From Bacilli bacterium (lineage in GTDB: Bacteria > Bacillota_I > Bacilli_A > RFN20 > CAG-826): a DNA stretch of 64,000 nucleotides. Of this stretch, positions 18,914-31,563 are shown in pieces. A program made the translations under genes and the position numbers. The stretch is taken from assembly GCA_050952805.1 (NCBI GenBank), contig JBMNLM010000001.1:90559-154558 (forward strand). The letters are read 5' to 3'. The first letter of the stretch is position 1; each line of letters starts with the position of its first letter. The notes under the pieces are model-generated. The model was not told where the DNA came from. It did no database searches and saw only the letters and a program-made list of their open reading frames with translations.

Positions 18914-21316
18914 ATGAAACACAAGAGTTTAAGTTTAAGCGTACATGAATTAGTCGATTTCCTTCTTCGAACAGGAAGTATTGACGACCGTGTTTTTAAT
19001 GTTAGTTCAATGACGCGAGGAATAGCTCTTCATACTCATTATCAAAGCAAACAACATGAAAATTATGTAAGTGAATTTCTTTGTGAAGAGACTTTTTATA
19101 TTGATGATTGGGCGGTCACGTTAAGGGGTTTTGCCGATGGCGTGGATTTAACCGCAGAACCACCATTAGTTGAAGAAATAAAATCTACAAACGAAGATAT
19201 AGACCATTTTCATGAAAATTATGAAGAATGGCATTTAGGCCAAGCAAAGTGTTACGCTCTTATGATCGCCCATAAGTATAATTTCGATACTATGCGGATA
19301 AATCTTGTCTATATTCAACAAGAAACAAACGAAAAAAGAGTCCACACCTACGAATATTCACTTCTAGAATTAGAAGAAGATATTGAAAATTATCTAGAAA
19401 AATACTTAAACTTTTACCTTTATGTTTATAACCATAAACTTTTGCGAAATGAAAGTTCAAAAAACATCAAATTTCCCTTTTCTTATCTTCGCAAGGGGCA
19501 AAAAATGATGATTGAGGAAGTAAGTAAAATCGTTGATGAAGGGGGAATTGCCTTAATTGAAGCGCCTACGGGAATTGGAAAAAACAATGGCGGCACTTTA
19601 CCCCGTTACAACATCATTTCATCAAGAGAAAATTGAGAAAATTTTCTATTTTACCGCGAAAGGAAGCACGCAAAATGCCGCATATAATGCTGCAAAAATT
19701 TTAGCGGACAACAATCTAGAAATTAAAACGATTTTAGTTACTGCTAAAGAAAAAATCTGTCCTAAACGACTCAATTATTTGTAATCCCGATGGCTGCCCA
19801 TTTACAAAAAATTACTATAGTAAACTAAAAGATGTGCTTCTTGACATGTTTGTTAATGAAGAATTTTATTCGCGCGATACTATTTTGAAATACGCATTGA
19901 AATACCAAATTTGCCCATTTGAATTACAACTAGATTTATCACTTTATACGGATATTATCATTGCTGACTATAATTATTTATTCGATCCTACCGCGTATTT
20001 ACGAAGATTTTTTGATGATGGATCAATGCAATATTTTACTCTAATTGACGAAGCTCATAATCTAGTAAATCGCGTTCGTGATAGTTATAGCATTACGCTT
20101 AATTTTTATCGTTTTGTTTAAAGTCAAAAAGGAACTTAGAAAGGTAAAAAGTCCCAAATTTAAACGGAGAATTACCGATATTATTAATGAAGCAAAAAAC
20201 ATTAATACATTAATGGAAAATGGCGAAACTGATGTAGATGTTTTATGTCAAAAACTAGACTATAAACTAGAAAAATTCGCTGACCTCGCCTCTGAATTTA
20301 TGATTTTAAATCCTAAATTCAAAAGCGAGCATTTAAAAGAACTTTATTTTGATGTCCTAACTTACTTAAAACTTTCGGAAATTAATGAAGATTATATGAT
20401 AAAAGTTGTGCGACCTTCGCTAAACGGCGAACTACCAATTATTCGAATTTTATGTTTAGATCCGCAAAAATTTATTTATCAAGGATTGTTAAAATCTTAT
20501 GGTTCTGTTTTATTTAGTGCGACTCTAGGACCACGCGAATTTTATGACCGTATGTTAGGGATAAAAGAAGGAGATGCCTCACTAACAATACCAACAGGTT
20601 TTGATAAAAATAATTTAAGTATTTTAGTTGCAACCGATGTTGCGACAACTTATAAAAAACGCGATGAAACTTATGGCGAAGTCGTTGATTATATTTTGGC
20701 GGCAATACGCGCTGATGTTGGAAATTATCTTGTTTTTTGCCCAAGTTATGCATACTTAGAGAAAGTTAGCGAATACCTAGAAACGCTAGATGACTTTATT
20801 TTAATTAAGCAAGAAAAAGATATGAGCGAAGAAGCTCGTCATCGTTTTTTAAGTGAATTTAAAGAAGATCCTAAAGTTACTGTCGTTGGACTTACGGTAA
20901 TGGGCGGAATATTCGCAGAAGGTATAGACCTACCTAACGACCGCTTAAGAGGAGTAGTAATTATTGGCGTCGGATTCCCACGAATTGATGAAGATTTAAA
21001 ATTAATTTCTACGTATTATGAAGAAAAATTTAATAAAAGAACAGCATTTTTTTATACATATGTTTACCCAGGAATTAATCGAATCCTTCAAGCAATGGGT
21101 CGCGTAATTAGAAATGAAAATGATTACGGCTTTGTTTTATTAATCGATAAACGCTACTTAGAAAGGCCATATATTAACTCAATTCGAAGTTATAACGGAA
21201 ATCTTATTTTCGTTGATAATCCCGCCCATGTAAGTAATGAACTTAACAATTTATACGAACGTATTGCGAAAAAAGCGAAAAAATGTGATAATTTGACAAG
21301 TAAGGAAGATAAATAG
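18914..21316 (+). pseudogene. PD-(D/E)XK nuclease-DinG/Rad3 Fe-S helicase fusion, interrupted by three +1 frameshifts (pseudogene or sequencing error)
   Basis: GFADG/EEIKST/QAKCYA nuclease motifs; APTGIGKT, Fe-S Cys, ADYNYLFDP, DEAHN, SATL, EGID, QAMGRVIR spread over four successive ORFs, each offset by +1. Confidence 0.85.
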
Positions 21317-23122
21317 ATGAATCAAAAATATATTCGTAACTTCTCAATTATCGCTCATATCGATCACGGTAAATCGACACTTGCCGACCGCCTTATTGAA
21401 CTTACTGGCGGCGTTAGTAAACGTGAGATGAAGTCGCAACTCCTTGATACTCTTGAACTTGAAAGAGAAAGAGGAATCACGATTAAATTAAATACGGTTA
21501 CTCTAAATTACAAGGCAAGTGACGGACATACATATATTTTAAATTTAATCGACACACCGGGACACGTAGACTTTACGTATGAAGTAAGTCGCTCTTTAGC
21601 AGCATGCGAAGGGGCTCTTTTACTCGTCGATGCTTCGCAAGGCGTAGAAGCACAAACGCTAGCGAATACGTATCTAGCAGTCGATAACGATTTATTTATT
21701 ATTCCTTTAATTAATAAGGTGGACCTTCCTAATGCTCACGTTGACCACGTTAAAAAAGAAATAACCGATAAAATTGGCTTAGATGGCGAAAAAGCTTTAG
21801 AAATTTCTGCGAAAACTGGACAAAATATTGATAAAGTTTTAGAAGCAATTGTAAGCGAAATCCCACATCCTACTGGAAACAAAAATGCGCCTTTAAAAGC
21901 GCTCATTTTTGATAGTTACTATGACCCATATCGCGGCGTTATTATAATGATAAGAATAAAAGATGGTGAAGTTAAAGTTGGCGATGAAATTTTACTCATG
22001 TCTTCTAATAAAAAGTATCTAGTAACGGAAGTTGGGATTAGAACGCCAGTAGAAGTTAAAAAAGATAAGTTAGAAGCTGGCGAAGTCGGATATTTAGCCG
22101 CACAAATTAAAGATATTCGTGAAGTTCACACTGGGGAAACAGTAACGTTAGCGAATAATCGTGCAAGTGAACCACTTCCTGGTTATCGAAAAATTAACCC
22201 AATGGTCTTTTGTGGTCTCTATCCTAGTGAAAGCGAAAAGTATCAAGACTTAAAAGAAGCACTTGAAAAGTTAAGATTAAACGACGCAAGTCTCCAATTT
22301 GAACCAGAAACAAGTCAAGCGCTTGGCTTTGGTTTTCGCTGCGGATTCCTTGGGCTTCTCCATATGGATGTCGTTCAAGAACGATTAGAAAGAGAATATA
22401 ACATCGACTTAATTCTTACCGCACCCAGCGTTATTTATCATGTCTATTTAACAAATGGCGAAAAATTAATCATCGATAATCCTGCAAAATTACCAAAAAG
22501 TGTGCTTATTGATCGTATTGAAGAGCCATTTGTTAAAGCAAAAATTATGACGCCGGAAGAATACGTCGGTCCTTTAATGGAACTTTGCCAAAAAAGAAGA
22601 GGAATTTACGTTAATTTAGAACATTTTGACGATACGAGAATGGTTTTAACTTACGAACTTCCCCTTGCAGAAATCGTCTACAATTTCTTTGATAAATTGA
22701 AAAGTTATAGTAAAGGTTATGCAACTTTTGACTATGAATTTAGCTCATATCATGCTTCTAAATTAGTAAAAATGGATATTTTAATTAATGGCAACGTTGT
22801 TGATGCACTTTCTACAATTGTTTATCGCGAAGACGCTTATAATCGCGGTGTAAACATTTGTCGAAAACTAAAAACAATAATTCCTCGCCAACAATTTGAA
22901 GTACCAATTCAAGCGGCGATTAACAATAAAATTATCGCTAGAACCGACGTAAAAAGCTTAAGAAAAGACGTTTTAAGTAAGTGTTATGGCGGAGATATAA
23001 GCAGAAAACGCAAGCTTTTAGAAAAACAAAAAGCCGGGAAAAAACGCATGAAAATGGTTGGAAGTGTTGAAATTCCTCAAGATGCGTTTATGGCAGTCTT
23101 ATCAATTGATGATGAGATTTAA
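21317..23122 (+). CDS. lepA: Elongation factor 4 (LepA)
   Basis: [43 protein letters not shown]. Confidence 0.98.
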   Translation: MNQKYIRNFSIIAHIDHGKSTLADRLIELTGGVSKREMKSQLLDTLELERERGITIKLNTVTLNYKASDGHTYILNLIDTPGHVDFTYEVSRSLAACEGALLLVDASQGVEAQTLANTYLAVDNDLFIIPLINKVDLPNAHVDHVKKEITDKIGLDGEKALEISAKTGQNIDKVLEAIVSEIPHPTGNKNAPLKALIFDSYYDPYRGVIIMIRIKDGEVKVGDEILLMSSNKKYLVTEVGIRTPVEVKKDKLEAGEVGYLAAQIKDIREVHTGETVTLANNRASEPLPGYRKINPMVFCGLYPSESEKYQDLKEALEKLRLNDASLQFEPETSQALGFGFRCGFLGLLHMDVVQERLEREYNIDLILTAPSVIYHVYLTNGEKLIIDNPAKLPKSVLIDRIEEPFVKAKIMTPEEYVGPLMELCQKRRGIYVNLEHFDDTRMVLTYELPLAEIVYNFFDKLKSYSKGYATFDYEFSSYHASKLVKMDILINGNVVDALSTIVYREDAYNRGVNICRKLKTIIPRQQFEVPIQAAINNKIIARTDVKSLRKDVLSKCYGGDISRKRKLLEKQKAGKKRMKMVGSVEIPQDAFMAVLSIDDEI

Positions 23123-23128
23123 TTTAGA

Positions 23129-23161
23129 TTAGTACATATTTAGTAATTAAATAGTTTTTGC
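23129..23161 (+). repeat. Three-unit 11-bp phased TTAGT array between lepA and the Fic-like gene
   Basis: TTAGTACATAT TTAGTAATTAA ATAGTTTTTGC at 23129, 23140, 23151. Confidence 0.7.
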
Positions 23162-23234
23162 CTACATTATTTAGAAAATAATGTTAAAATAACATTGCAA
23201 ATTATTTGAATAAAGGAGATAAGAGAGGTGACAT

Positions 23235-24722
23235 ATGAAAAATATTAACCGCGGTGAGCGTTTTAGTAATGAAAAATATGCAACCCGTAATCAAGTAACC
23301 CGAGAACTAGGGACAACGTTAATTAGTGAAATTTGGAAAGAGATTTTAGAATATCGTGCCCAATTTCAAACACAATTAACGCTAAGAACTGTAGAAAAAC
23401 GTCGTCTTAACGTCGTTTTAACACCAAAAATTAGTGATAAAATTTCCTCAATTGAAAGAGGATTAACGCGTCTTATGAGCGAATTTAACGCTTTTGTTAT
23501 GGATAACGAAAAAATGACGCAACTAAAAGTAAAACAAACGGAAAAAATTATTTCAAATATTGCAAGACGTTATAAAATTGACGTCGACGAAAGTTTTTAT
23601 GCTCACCTCGTAAGCGGAAATGTAAGTGCTGTAAGCACGCAAGAACTCGTGCTCGTAAACTACTTTAATGCCCTAACTTACGTTTTAGAAAATAATAATG
23701 TCGCTCTTGATACTCGCTATATCGAAGAATTAAGTGCAATCTTTAACGGAAGAAACGAAGATTCTTATCGAAAAACCGAAGTCGGAGTCTCAAAAGCTAT
23801 CATTGATCCGATTCAATTTTATGCACCTGTAAATCAAATTCACGACATGATTGATGATTTACTCGCCTTTATTCAATCAAGTAACGCGCCAATGTTTGTA
23901 AAATTTGTCGCTGTTTACTATTATTTTGACTACATTAAACCTTTTGAATATTACAGTGAAGAAATTGCCGTCCTTTTTGCAAAAGCTCACTTACAAACTT
24001 ATGACTTAGAAAATATTGCTGCGTTTTTAAATATTGAAACAGTATTAGATAGAAATAACACGGCAATAAACGAAGTTATTGCAGAAGTTAAAAAAACTGC
24101 TGACCTAACGTATTTAATCGATTATATGGCCGATTTATTTACAAAAATAATTGATGAAATAAACGATGCTATGTTTGAAATTAAGCGTAAACCAATTTTA
24201 GAAGAACGCTATAACATAACGCGTGAACAAGAACAAATCGCGCCTGAAGTTAACGAAGAAGTTAAAGAAACACCGCTTTCTCCCTTTGCTAGTACGAGTA
24301 CACCTCTAAAAGAGGAAACAGAACAATTTGTTCCCTTTAAGAAAACAGAAGACGTCAATCCAACGTATGCAGTTAGCGAACAAAAAGAACAATTTAGTAG
24401 TGAAGTTCAACAAAAAATTGAAACAAAACTCGAAATTGCCTTTGATACGCTTCCTGTTGGATTAACCGAACTTGACGCCCAAAAAATCGAACGCCATTTA
24501 ATGGAAATGGATCCAAGTTTATCGCGTGCGGAAGCTTATTTCTACGCTCGCCACTGTACGATGGGGAAATACTATACAATTAAACAATTTAAAGATGAAA
24601 TTGGCTGTGCCTATGAAACCGCAAGAACTTCAATGGAACACTTAGCAAAAAGTGGCTATTACCGTAAAGAACAGTTCAAAAACAAATTCATTTACACACC
24701 AGTTAGACTTCGTGATAAGTAG
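23235..24722 (+). CDS. Fic/Fido-like protein with degenerate catalytic motif and C-terminal winged-helix-like domain
   Basis: YRKTEV..., YYYFDYIKPFEYYSEEIA in place of HxxFxxIHPFxDGNGRxxR; C-terminal YTIKQFKDEIGCAYETARTSMEHLAKSGYYRKEQ is HTH plus wing. Confidence 0.7.
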   Translation: MKNINRGERFSNEKYATRNQVTRELGTTLISEIWKEILEYRAQFQTQLTLRTVEKRRLNVVLTPKISDKISSIERGLTRLMSEFNAFVMDNEKMTQLKVKQTEKIISNIARRYKIDVDESFYAHLVSGNVSAVSTQELVLVNYFNALTYVLENNNVALDTRYIEELSAIFNGRNEDSYRKTEVGVSKAIIDPIQFYAPVNQIHDMIDDLLAFIQSSNAPMFVKFVAVYYYFDYIKPFEYYSEEIAVLFAKAHLQTYDLENIAAFLNIETVLDRNNTAINEVIAEVKKTADLTYLIDYMADLFTKIIDEINDAMFEIKRKPILEERYNITREQEQIAPEVNEEVKETPLSPFASTSTPLKEETEQFVPFKKTEDVNPTYAVSEQKEQFSSEVQQKIETKLEIAFDTLPVGLTELDAQKIERHLMEMDPSLSRAEAYFYARHCTMGKYYTIKQFKDEIGCAYETARTSMEHLAKSGYYRKEQFKNKFIYTPVRLRDK

Positions 24723-24736
24723 AAAGCAGGGAACAT

Positions 24737-24976
24737 ATGAATCCATTTTTAATATTATTTTTAATTTTACTCTTCTTTGGTGCAATCGCCCTAGTCGTTT
24801 TCTTATTAAGAAAATACGTCCCAGGAATTAAAGAAAAAGAAGGCGAAATTGATGAACAAAGAGCAGTTCAAGAAGAACTTGATCGCGTTTTAGAGCCAAT
24901 TGAAGAAGAACACATAAAAAAAGAAGTCGAAAATTTTAAAGACGAAATAAACACACCAAAAGACAATGATAAATAG
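24737..24976 (+). CDS. Small single-TM protein with acidic/charged tail, unknown function
   Basis: N-terminal hydrophobic helix, then EKEGEIDEQRAVQEELDRVL; overlaps hemW start. Confidence 0.7.
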   Translation: MNPFLILFLILLFFGAIALVVFLLRKYVPGIKEKEGEIDEQRAVQEELDRVLEPIEEEHIKKEVENFKDEINTPKDNDK

Positions 24977-26048
24977 TCTCTACGTTCACATTCCATTTTG
25001 TAATTCAATTTGTTATTATTGCGATTTTACAAAAGTAATTTACAAAAAAGAATGGGTTAGTGAGTACTTAGAAGCGCTTAAAGAAGATCTTAAGCGCTTT
25101 TCAATTACTAATTTAAAAACAATTTACGTAGGAGGAGGAACTCCAACGAGTTTATCGCTAGATGAACTTGAAATTCTTTTAAAAACGCTAGAACCATATT
25201 CTAAAGATGTAAAAGAATATACGTTTGAAGCAAATGTTGAGAGTCTTACAAAAGAAAAGCTTCTATTACTTAGAAAATATAACGTCAATCGCTTAAGTAT
25301 TGGCGTTCAAACGTTTAATGATAAGCTCCTTAAATTTATCGGACGAAAACATACGAGCGAAGACGTAATTAAGACAATAAATCTTGCAAAGAATCTAAGC
25401 TTTAATAACATTAGTATTGACTTAATTTATGGCTTGCCCTTTCAAACGTTAGAAGATGTAAAAAGCGATGTTACACGCGCTTTATCGCTTCCAATCACGC
25501 ACATTTCTACGTATTCACTTCTTATTAATCCTAGTACTATAGCAAGTGCAAGAGGATGGAAAAATCAAGATAGCGATAACGAAGCGCAAATGTTTAATTT
25601 AATTCGTGAACAGTTAGAAGACGCAGGATTTTTTCAATACGAAGTAAGTAATTTTGCTAAAAAAGGCTTTAAGTCGCTTCATAATCTAACGTATTGGCAT
25701 AATGAGGAATATTACGCTGTGGGGTACGGGGCAAGTGGCTACGTAAATAAAGTAAGATATACAAATAACGGTAGTTTTAAAAGCTACTTAAATAAGGAAT
25801 TTATTAGAGAAAGCGAAGAAATAACCCCTGAGCTATTTAAAGAAGAATATCTAATGCTTCATCTGCGCCTAAAAGAAGGGTTTTCTCTTGACGATTATTT
25901 TAAGAAAACTGGTGAAAAGTTTAATCTCGAACACCCGAAAATTAAGCATTTTCTAAAAACTAATCTCTTAATTTATGAAAATAATCGTCTTTATTGCTCG
26001 CCTGAGGGCCTACTTAAGTTAGATTATATTCTTAGTTACATTATTTAG
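24966..26048 (+). CDS. hemW: Radical SAM heme chaperone HemW (HemN-like)
   Basis: LYVHIPFCNSICYYCDF, GGGTPT, RLSIGVQ, YEVSNFA, HNLTYW; lepA-hemW-hrcA synteny. Confidence 0.92.
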   Translation: MINSLYVHIPFCNSICYYCDFTKVIYKKEWVSEYLEALKEDLKRFSITNLKTIYVGGGTPTSLSLDELEILLKTLEPYSKDVKEYTFEANVESLTKEKLLLLRKYNVNRLSIGVQTFNDKLLKFIGRKHTSEDVIKTINLAKNLSFNNISIDLIYGLPFQTLEDVKSDVTRALSLPITHISTYSLLINPSTIASARGWKNQDSDNEAQMFNLIREQLEDAGFFQYEVSNFAKKGFKSLHNLTYWHNEEYYAVGYGASGYVNKVRYTNNGSFKSYLNKEFIRESEEITPELFKEEYLMLHLRLKEGFSLDDYFKKTGEKFNLEHPKIKHFLKTNLLIYENNRLYCSPEGLLKLDYILSYII

Positions 26049-26223
26049 TATTCCTTTTATATATACGCGCGCAATAAAGAAAAAACACGGCTAATTTAAG
26101 AGCCGGTTTTTTATAATGCAGCTAAAAAAAGAGTAATAATATAAAAAAATTATCATTATTTAAAAGTCTTTTATGCGCATACGAAGCAATGTTTTTAAGA
26201 AAAACACACAAAAAATGCACTTT

Positions 26224-26250
26224 TTAGCACTTAATAGTTGACACTGCTAA
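26224..26250 (+). promoter_or_regulatory. CIRCE operator 1 (HrcA site) overlapping the -35
   Basis: TTAGCACTT-N9-CACTGCTAA versus consensus TTAGCACTC-N9-GAGTGCTAA. Confidence 0.85.
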
Positions 26251-26265
26251 CGAGTAGTGTATAAT
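26238..26265 (+). promoter_or_regulatory. SigA promoter of hrcA-grpE-dnaK-dnaJ
   Basis: TTGACA (26238)-16 nt-TATAAT (26260). Confidence 0.8.
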
Positions 26266-26269
26266 AGAC

Positions 26270-26296
26270 TTGGCACTTAAAGAGATTAAGTGCTAA
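26270..26296 (+). promoter_or_regulatory. CIRCE operator 2
   Basis: TTGGCACTT-N9-AAGTGCTAA directly before the hrcA SD. Confidence 0.88.
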
Positions 26297-26309
26297 AAAG
26301 GAGGAAACA

Positions 26310-27323
26310 ATGGAATTACGTCGCCGAGAATTAATTTTAAAATATACAGTTGAGTTATTTATAAAGACGGCGGTTCCTGTCGGTTCAAATACATTACTTG
26401 AAAATTACCATCTTCCTTATAGTAGCGCAACGATACGCGCGGAAATGAACGCGCTTGAAGAAAGTGGTTACTTAGAAAAACCGCACGTTTCAAGTGGACG
26501 TGTCCCTTCTAGCAAGGGTTATCGCTACTATATTGATCACCTTCGCGGGAATAAAGTTGATGAAAACATGAAAATGCAAATTCAATCAATTATTGATGAA
26601 CAAACGCGAACAGTAGATGAAGTAATTAAAGCGACTTGCGAAATTCTTGCGAATATGACGAATTTAGCAAGTGTTGTCTTAGGTCCAAGTAGTGCAAAAG
26701 AAACTTTAAAATCGATTGAAATTATTCCTTTATCCTCACGAACAGCGACCGCAGTGTTTATTACGAATCAAGGGTATGTTGAACACAAAACATTCCTTCT
26801 TCCTAGTGACACGTCGATTCAACAACTTGATAAAGTTGCCCAAATCTTTAATGAACGTCTCCAAGGAACTAGGATTTGTGATGTTATTCCCAAAATGGAA
26901 AGTCTAAAACCACTTCTTAGTGATTACGTAATTGAAACACAAGTAATTTATGACGCATTTTCGGAAGCATTTATTAAATATGCAAAAGATCGGCTTAGTT
27001 TATACGGCAAGGAAAGCTTACTAGAACAACCAGAATTCGTAAATGATGCGGAAAAACTTCGAAAATTAATTGCAATTCTTGATGATCCAGAACAAATTAA
27101 GCAACTCGCCGCGCACGAAGGCGACTTTGCGATAAATATTGCCGAAGATGATGAAGAACTAAGTGTCATTACGTTAAAATTTAACATTCCTGGTCGCGAA
27201 GGTGGGCAAATCGCCCTCGTTGGTCCAAAGCGGATGGACTATGGGCTTGTGATTAATGCACTTGAATACGTTACGGACGCTTTGGAAAAATATTTTGAAG
27301 AAAGAGAGGAGTTAAATGAGTAA
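26310..27323 (+). CDS. hrcA: Heat-inducible transcription repressor HrcA
   Basis: PVGS, SSATIRAEM, KPHVSSGRVPS, GYRYY, GPKRMDY. Confidence 0.96.
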   Translation: MELRRRELILKYTVELFIKTAVPVGSNTLLENYHLPYSSATIRAEMNALEESGYLEKPHVSSGRVPSSKGYRYYIDHLRGNKVDENMKMQIQSIIDEQTRTVDEVIKATCEILANMTNLASVVLGPSSAKETLKSIEIIPLSSRTATAVFITNQGYVEHKTFLLPSDTSIQQLDKVAQIFNERLQGTRICDVIPKMESLKPLLSDYVIETQVIYDAFSEAFIKYAKDRLSLYGKESLLEQPEFVNDAEKLRKLIAILDDPEQIKQLAAHEGDFAINIAEDDEELSVITLKFNIPGREGGQIALVGPKRMDYGLVINALEYVTDALEKYFEEREELNE

Positions 27324-27963
27324 GGACACAAATAAAGAAGTTAAAGTTGACTTAAATTCGATTAGAAACGAAAACGAAGGAAGCGAAGAAAAAAGTATTA
27401 AAGTAACAAAAAAAGAAAAAAAGAGCGAAAAAAAGCTCGAAGAGTTACAAAAAAAATACGACGAACTTGAAAATAAGTATTATCACGCGCTTGCGGATAT
27501 GGATAATACGCGTAAACAAAATGAAAAAGACCGTCAGCAATTTATTAAGTATCGCTCGATGGGATTTATTGAAAACCTCCTTCCAATCTTAGATGGATTT
27601 TCTAGGGCCTTAAGTATCCCTCAAGAAGATCCAAAGATTAAAAATTATCTTCAAGGCTTTAACTACATTTATCGACAAATGTTAGAAGTACTTGAAAATG
27701 AAGGAGTTAAAAAAGTTACTCCAAAAATCGGTCATGTGTTTGATGCAAAAACGATGCATGCTATTGATGTTGAATATCGTGAAGATATGAAAGAAAATCA
27801 CGTAACTTCCGTGTATGCTGATGGCTATTTGCTTCATGATCGCATCGTTCGTCCGGCAATGGTCGTAGTCTCTACGAAAGATAAAGAAAAGACACTAACG
27901 GACGAAGAAAAAGAAAATATTCAAAAAGAAAAGGAAAATAGTGACGAAAAGTCATTACGATAA
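27316..27963 (+). CDS. grpE: Nucleotide exchange factor GrpE
   Basis: ADMDNTRK, LLPILD, GYLLHDRIVRPAMVVV. Confidence 0.93.
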   Translation: MSKDTNKEVKVDLNSIRNENEGSEEKSIKVTKKEKKSEKKLEELQKKYDELENKYYHALADMDNTRKQNEKDRQQFIKYRSMGFIENLLPILDGFSRALSIPQEDPKIKNYLQGFNYIYRQMLEVLENEGVKKVTPKIGHVFDAKTMHAIDVEYREDMKENHVTSVYADGYLLHDRIVRPAMVVVSTKDKEKTLTDEEKENIQKEKENSDEKSLR

Positions 27964-27982
27964 AAAGTAAAAAAGGAGATGA

Positions 27983-29827
<1,845 letters not shown>

Positions 29828-29847
29828 CTTTAATAAATTATTATTAG

Positions 29848-29869
29848 AGGGCGGATTCTTCCGCCCTTT
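29848..29869 (+). terminator. GC-rich hairpin between dnaK and dnaJ (partial terminator or stabiliser)
   Basis: AGGGCGGA-TTCT-TCCGCCCT followed by a short T run. Confidence 0.6.
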
Positions 29870-29887
29870 AAAGGAAAGGAAATAAGG

Positions 29888-31006
29888 ATGGCGACTAAAC
29901 GTGATTATTATGATGTTCTTGGTGTAACAAAAAATAGCGATAGTCAAGAAATTAAGTCAGCATATCGAAAACTTGCTAAGCAATATCACCCTGATATTAA
30001 TAAGAGTCCTGATGCGGAAGAAAAATTTAAAGAAGTTCAGGAAGCTTATGATGTTTTAAGTGATCCCCAAAAGAAGGCATTATATGATCAATTTGGTCAT
30101 GCTGCTTTTGATCAAACTGCCGGAAGTGGCCCGTTTGGTGGCGGTCCTGGTGGTTTCCAAGATGTCGATTTAGGTGATATTTTCTCTAGTTTCTTTGGTG
30201 GGGCTGGTGGACGCGCACACGCTCCAACCGGGCCACTAAAAGGAAACGATGTTATAGCTCGGATTCGCATTGATTTTATGGATGCGATTAACGGAAAACG
30301 GATTAAATTCCCTCATACATACGACCAAATGTGTTCGCATTGTAACGGAACAGGCGCGGATTCTCCTAGCGATATTCATACGTGTGGAATGTGTCATGGG
30401 AGTGGTTATGTAAATTCGACAAAGCAAACGATCTTTGGCACGATGCAAACGCAGACTGCTTGTCCGACGTGTGGAGGAACTGGTCAAACGATTAGCAAGC
30501 AATGTGGAAAATGTGGCGGAAATGGCTATAACCGCGTAAAAGTTGATTTAGATGTAAAAATTCCTGAAGGAATTAACTCTGGTCAACAAATTCGTATAAG
30601 TGGAAAAGGAGAACGCGGGTATAATGGCGGTCCTAATGGCGACTTATATCTAGAAGTTCTTGTTAAACCACATCCTAACTTTGTTAGAAACGGTAACGAC
30701 ATTACGCTAAAAGTTCCTATTGACTTCGTTGATGCTGCACTTGGCGTAACAATAGAAGTTCCTACAGTTTACGGAAATGTTGATGTAAAAGTTCCCGCGG
30801 GAACGCAACCTTCAACGAAACTACGACTAAAAGGTCGCGGTGTTAAGGGCTTAAAAGGCTCAGTTGGTGATCAATATCTTGAATTTGATATTCAAACACC
30901 GACGAATTTAACAAAAGAACAAAAAGAACTTCTTGAACAATATAAAAATATCGAACCGAAAAATCGAAAAGTCTTTAAAAAATTTAAGGATAAATTTAAA
31001 AAATAA
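29888..31006 (+). CDS. dnaJ: Chaperone DnaJ
   Basis: J domain with HPD, G/F region, four CxxCxGxG repeats. Confidence 0.98.
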   Translation: MATKRDYYDVLGVTKNSDSQEIKSAYRKLAKQYHPDINKSPDAEEKFKEVQEAYDVLSDPQKKALYDQFGHAAFDQTAGSGPFGGGPGGFQDVDLGDIFSSFFGGAGGRAHAPTGPLKGNDVIARIRIDFMDAINGKRIKFPHTYDQMCSHCNGTGADSPSDIHTCGMCHGSGYVNSTKQTIFGTMQTQTACPTCGGTGQTISKQCGKCGGNGYNRVKVDLDVKIPEGINSGQQIRISGKGERGYNGGPNGDLYLEVLVKPHPNFVRNGNDITLKVPIDFVDAALGVTIEVPTVYGNVDVKVPAGTQPSTKLRLKGRGVKGLKGSVGDQYLEFDIQTPTNLTKEQKELLEQYKNIEPKNRKVFKKFKDKFKK

Positions 31007-31013
31007 GATGAAG

Positions 31014-31045
31014 AAGCGCCTAACATTAAGTTAGGCGTTTTTTTT
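31014..31045 (+). terminator. Intrinsic terminator after dnaJ
   Basis: AAGCGCCTAAC-ATTAA-GTTAGGCGTTTTTTTT. Confidence 0.85.
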
Positions 31046-31120
31046 ATGCAAATTTACTACTTTTCCATATAAAAACATAAGTTTTTATTGTTATAATGTT
31101 TAGTGTTAAAGGAGGGATTA

Positions 31121-31561
31121 ATGGCAAAATGTCGTAATTGTGGGGCAAGAGTCTATCAAAACGCTTCAATATGCCCCGTTTGTGGAACAGATAACCCGGT
31201 GAAAACGAAAAAAGTTCGCACCGTTGATATAACTTTAACACTAGATCCGGTTAATCCTGATTATCATGAATATAAACGAAAAAGTAAGTTAGTATGTGGC
31301 CTTTTGTTTTGCTTTGTCGGCTTTTCGGGCGCTGGATACTTTTATATTAATGACGTTTCTAAAGGACTTTCTTGGCTAATTGGTCATCTAATTTTTATAG
31401 GGGCTGGGATTGGCTTTGGCTATTTACTTGGAAATACGCAAGGTATCGTAACTGCTGCAATAATTCTTGCGTGTATTGTTTTTATTCTTAATCTTGTTTT
31501 TGGATTTATTTATATTTTCCGCTCAGACGTAAAAGATGGTAACGGAGAATTTCTTGAATAA
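31121..31561 (+). CDS. Zinc-ribbon + TM2-like membrane protein
   Basis: CRNCG...CPVCG; KSKLVCGLL...GFSGAGYFY is TM2-like; KDGNG tail; ATG 31121 behind AAGGAGG. Confidence 0.7.
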   Translation: MAKCRNCGARVYQNASICPVCGTDNPVKTKKVRTVDITLTLDPVNPDYHEYKRKSKLVCGLLFCFVGFSGAGYFYINDVSKGLSWLIGHLIFIGAGIGFGYLLGNTQGIVTAAIILACIVFILNLVFGFIYIFRSDVKDGNGEFLE

Positions 31562-31563
31562 TA

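Noticed and set aside
18914-19450. Cas4-like nuclease plus DinG suggesting a type IV CRISPR locus
   Set aside because: No repeat-spacer array or other cas genes; this nuclease-helicase fusion is a widespread Firmicutes family
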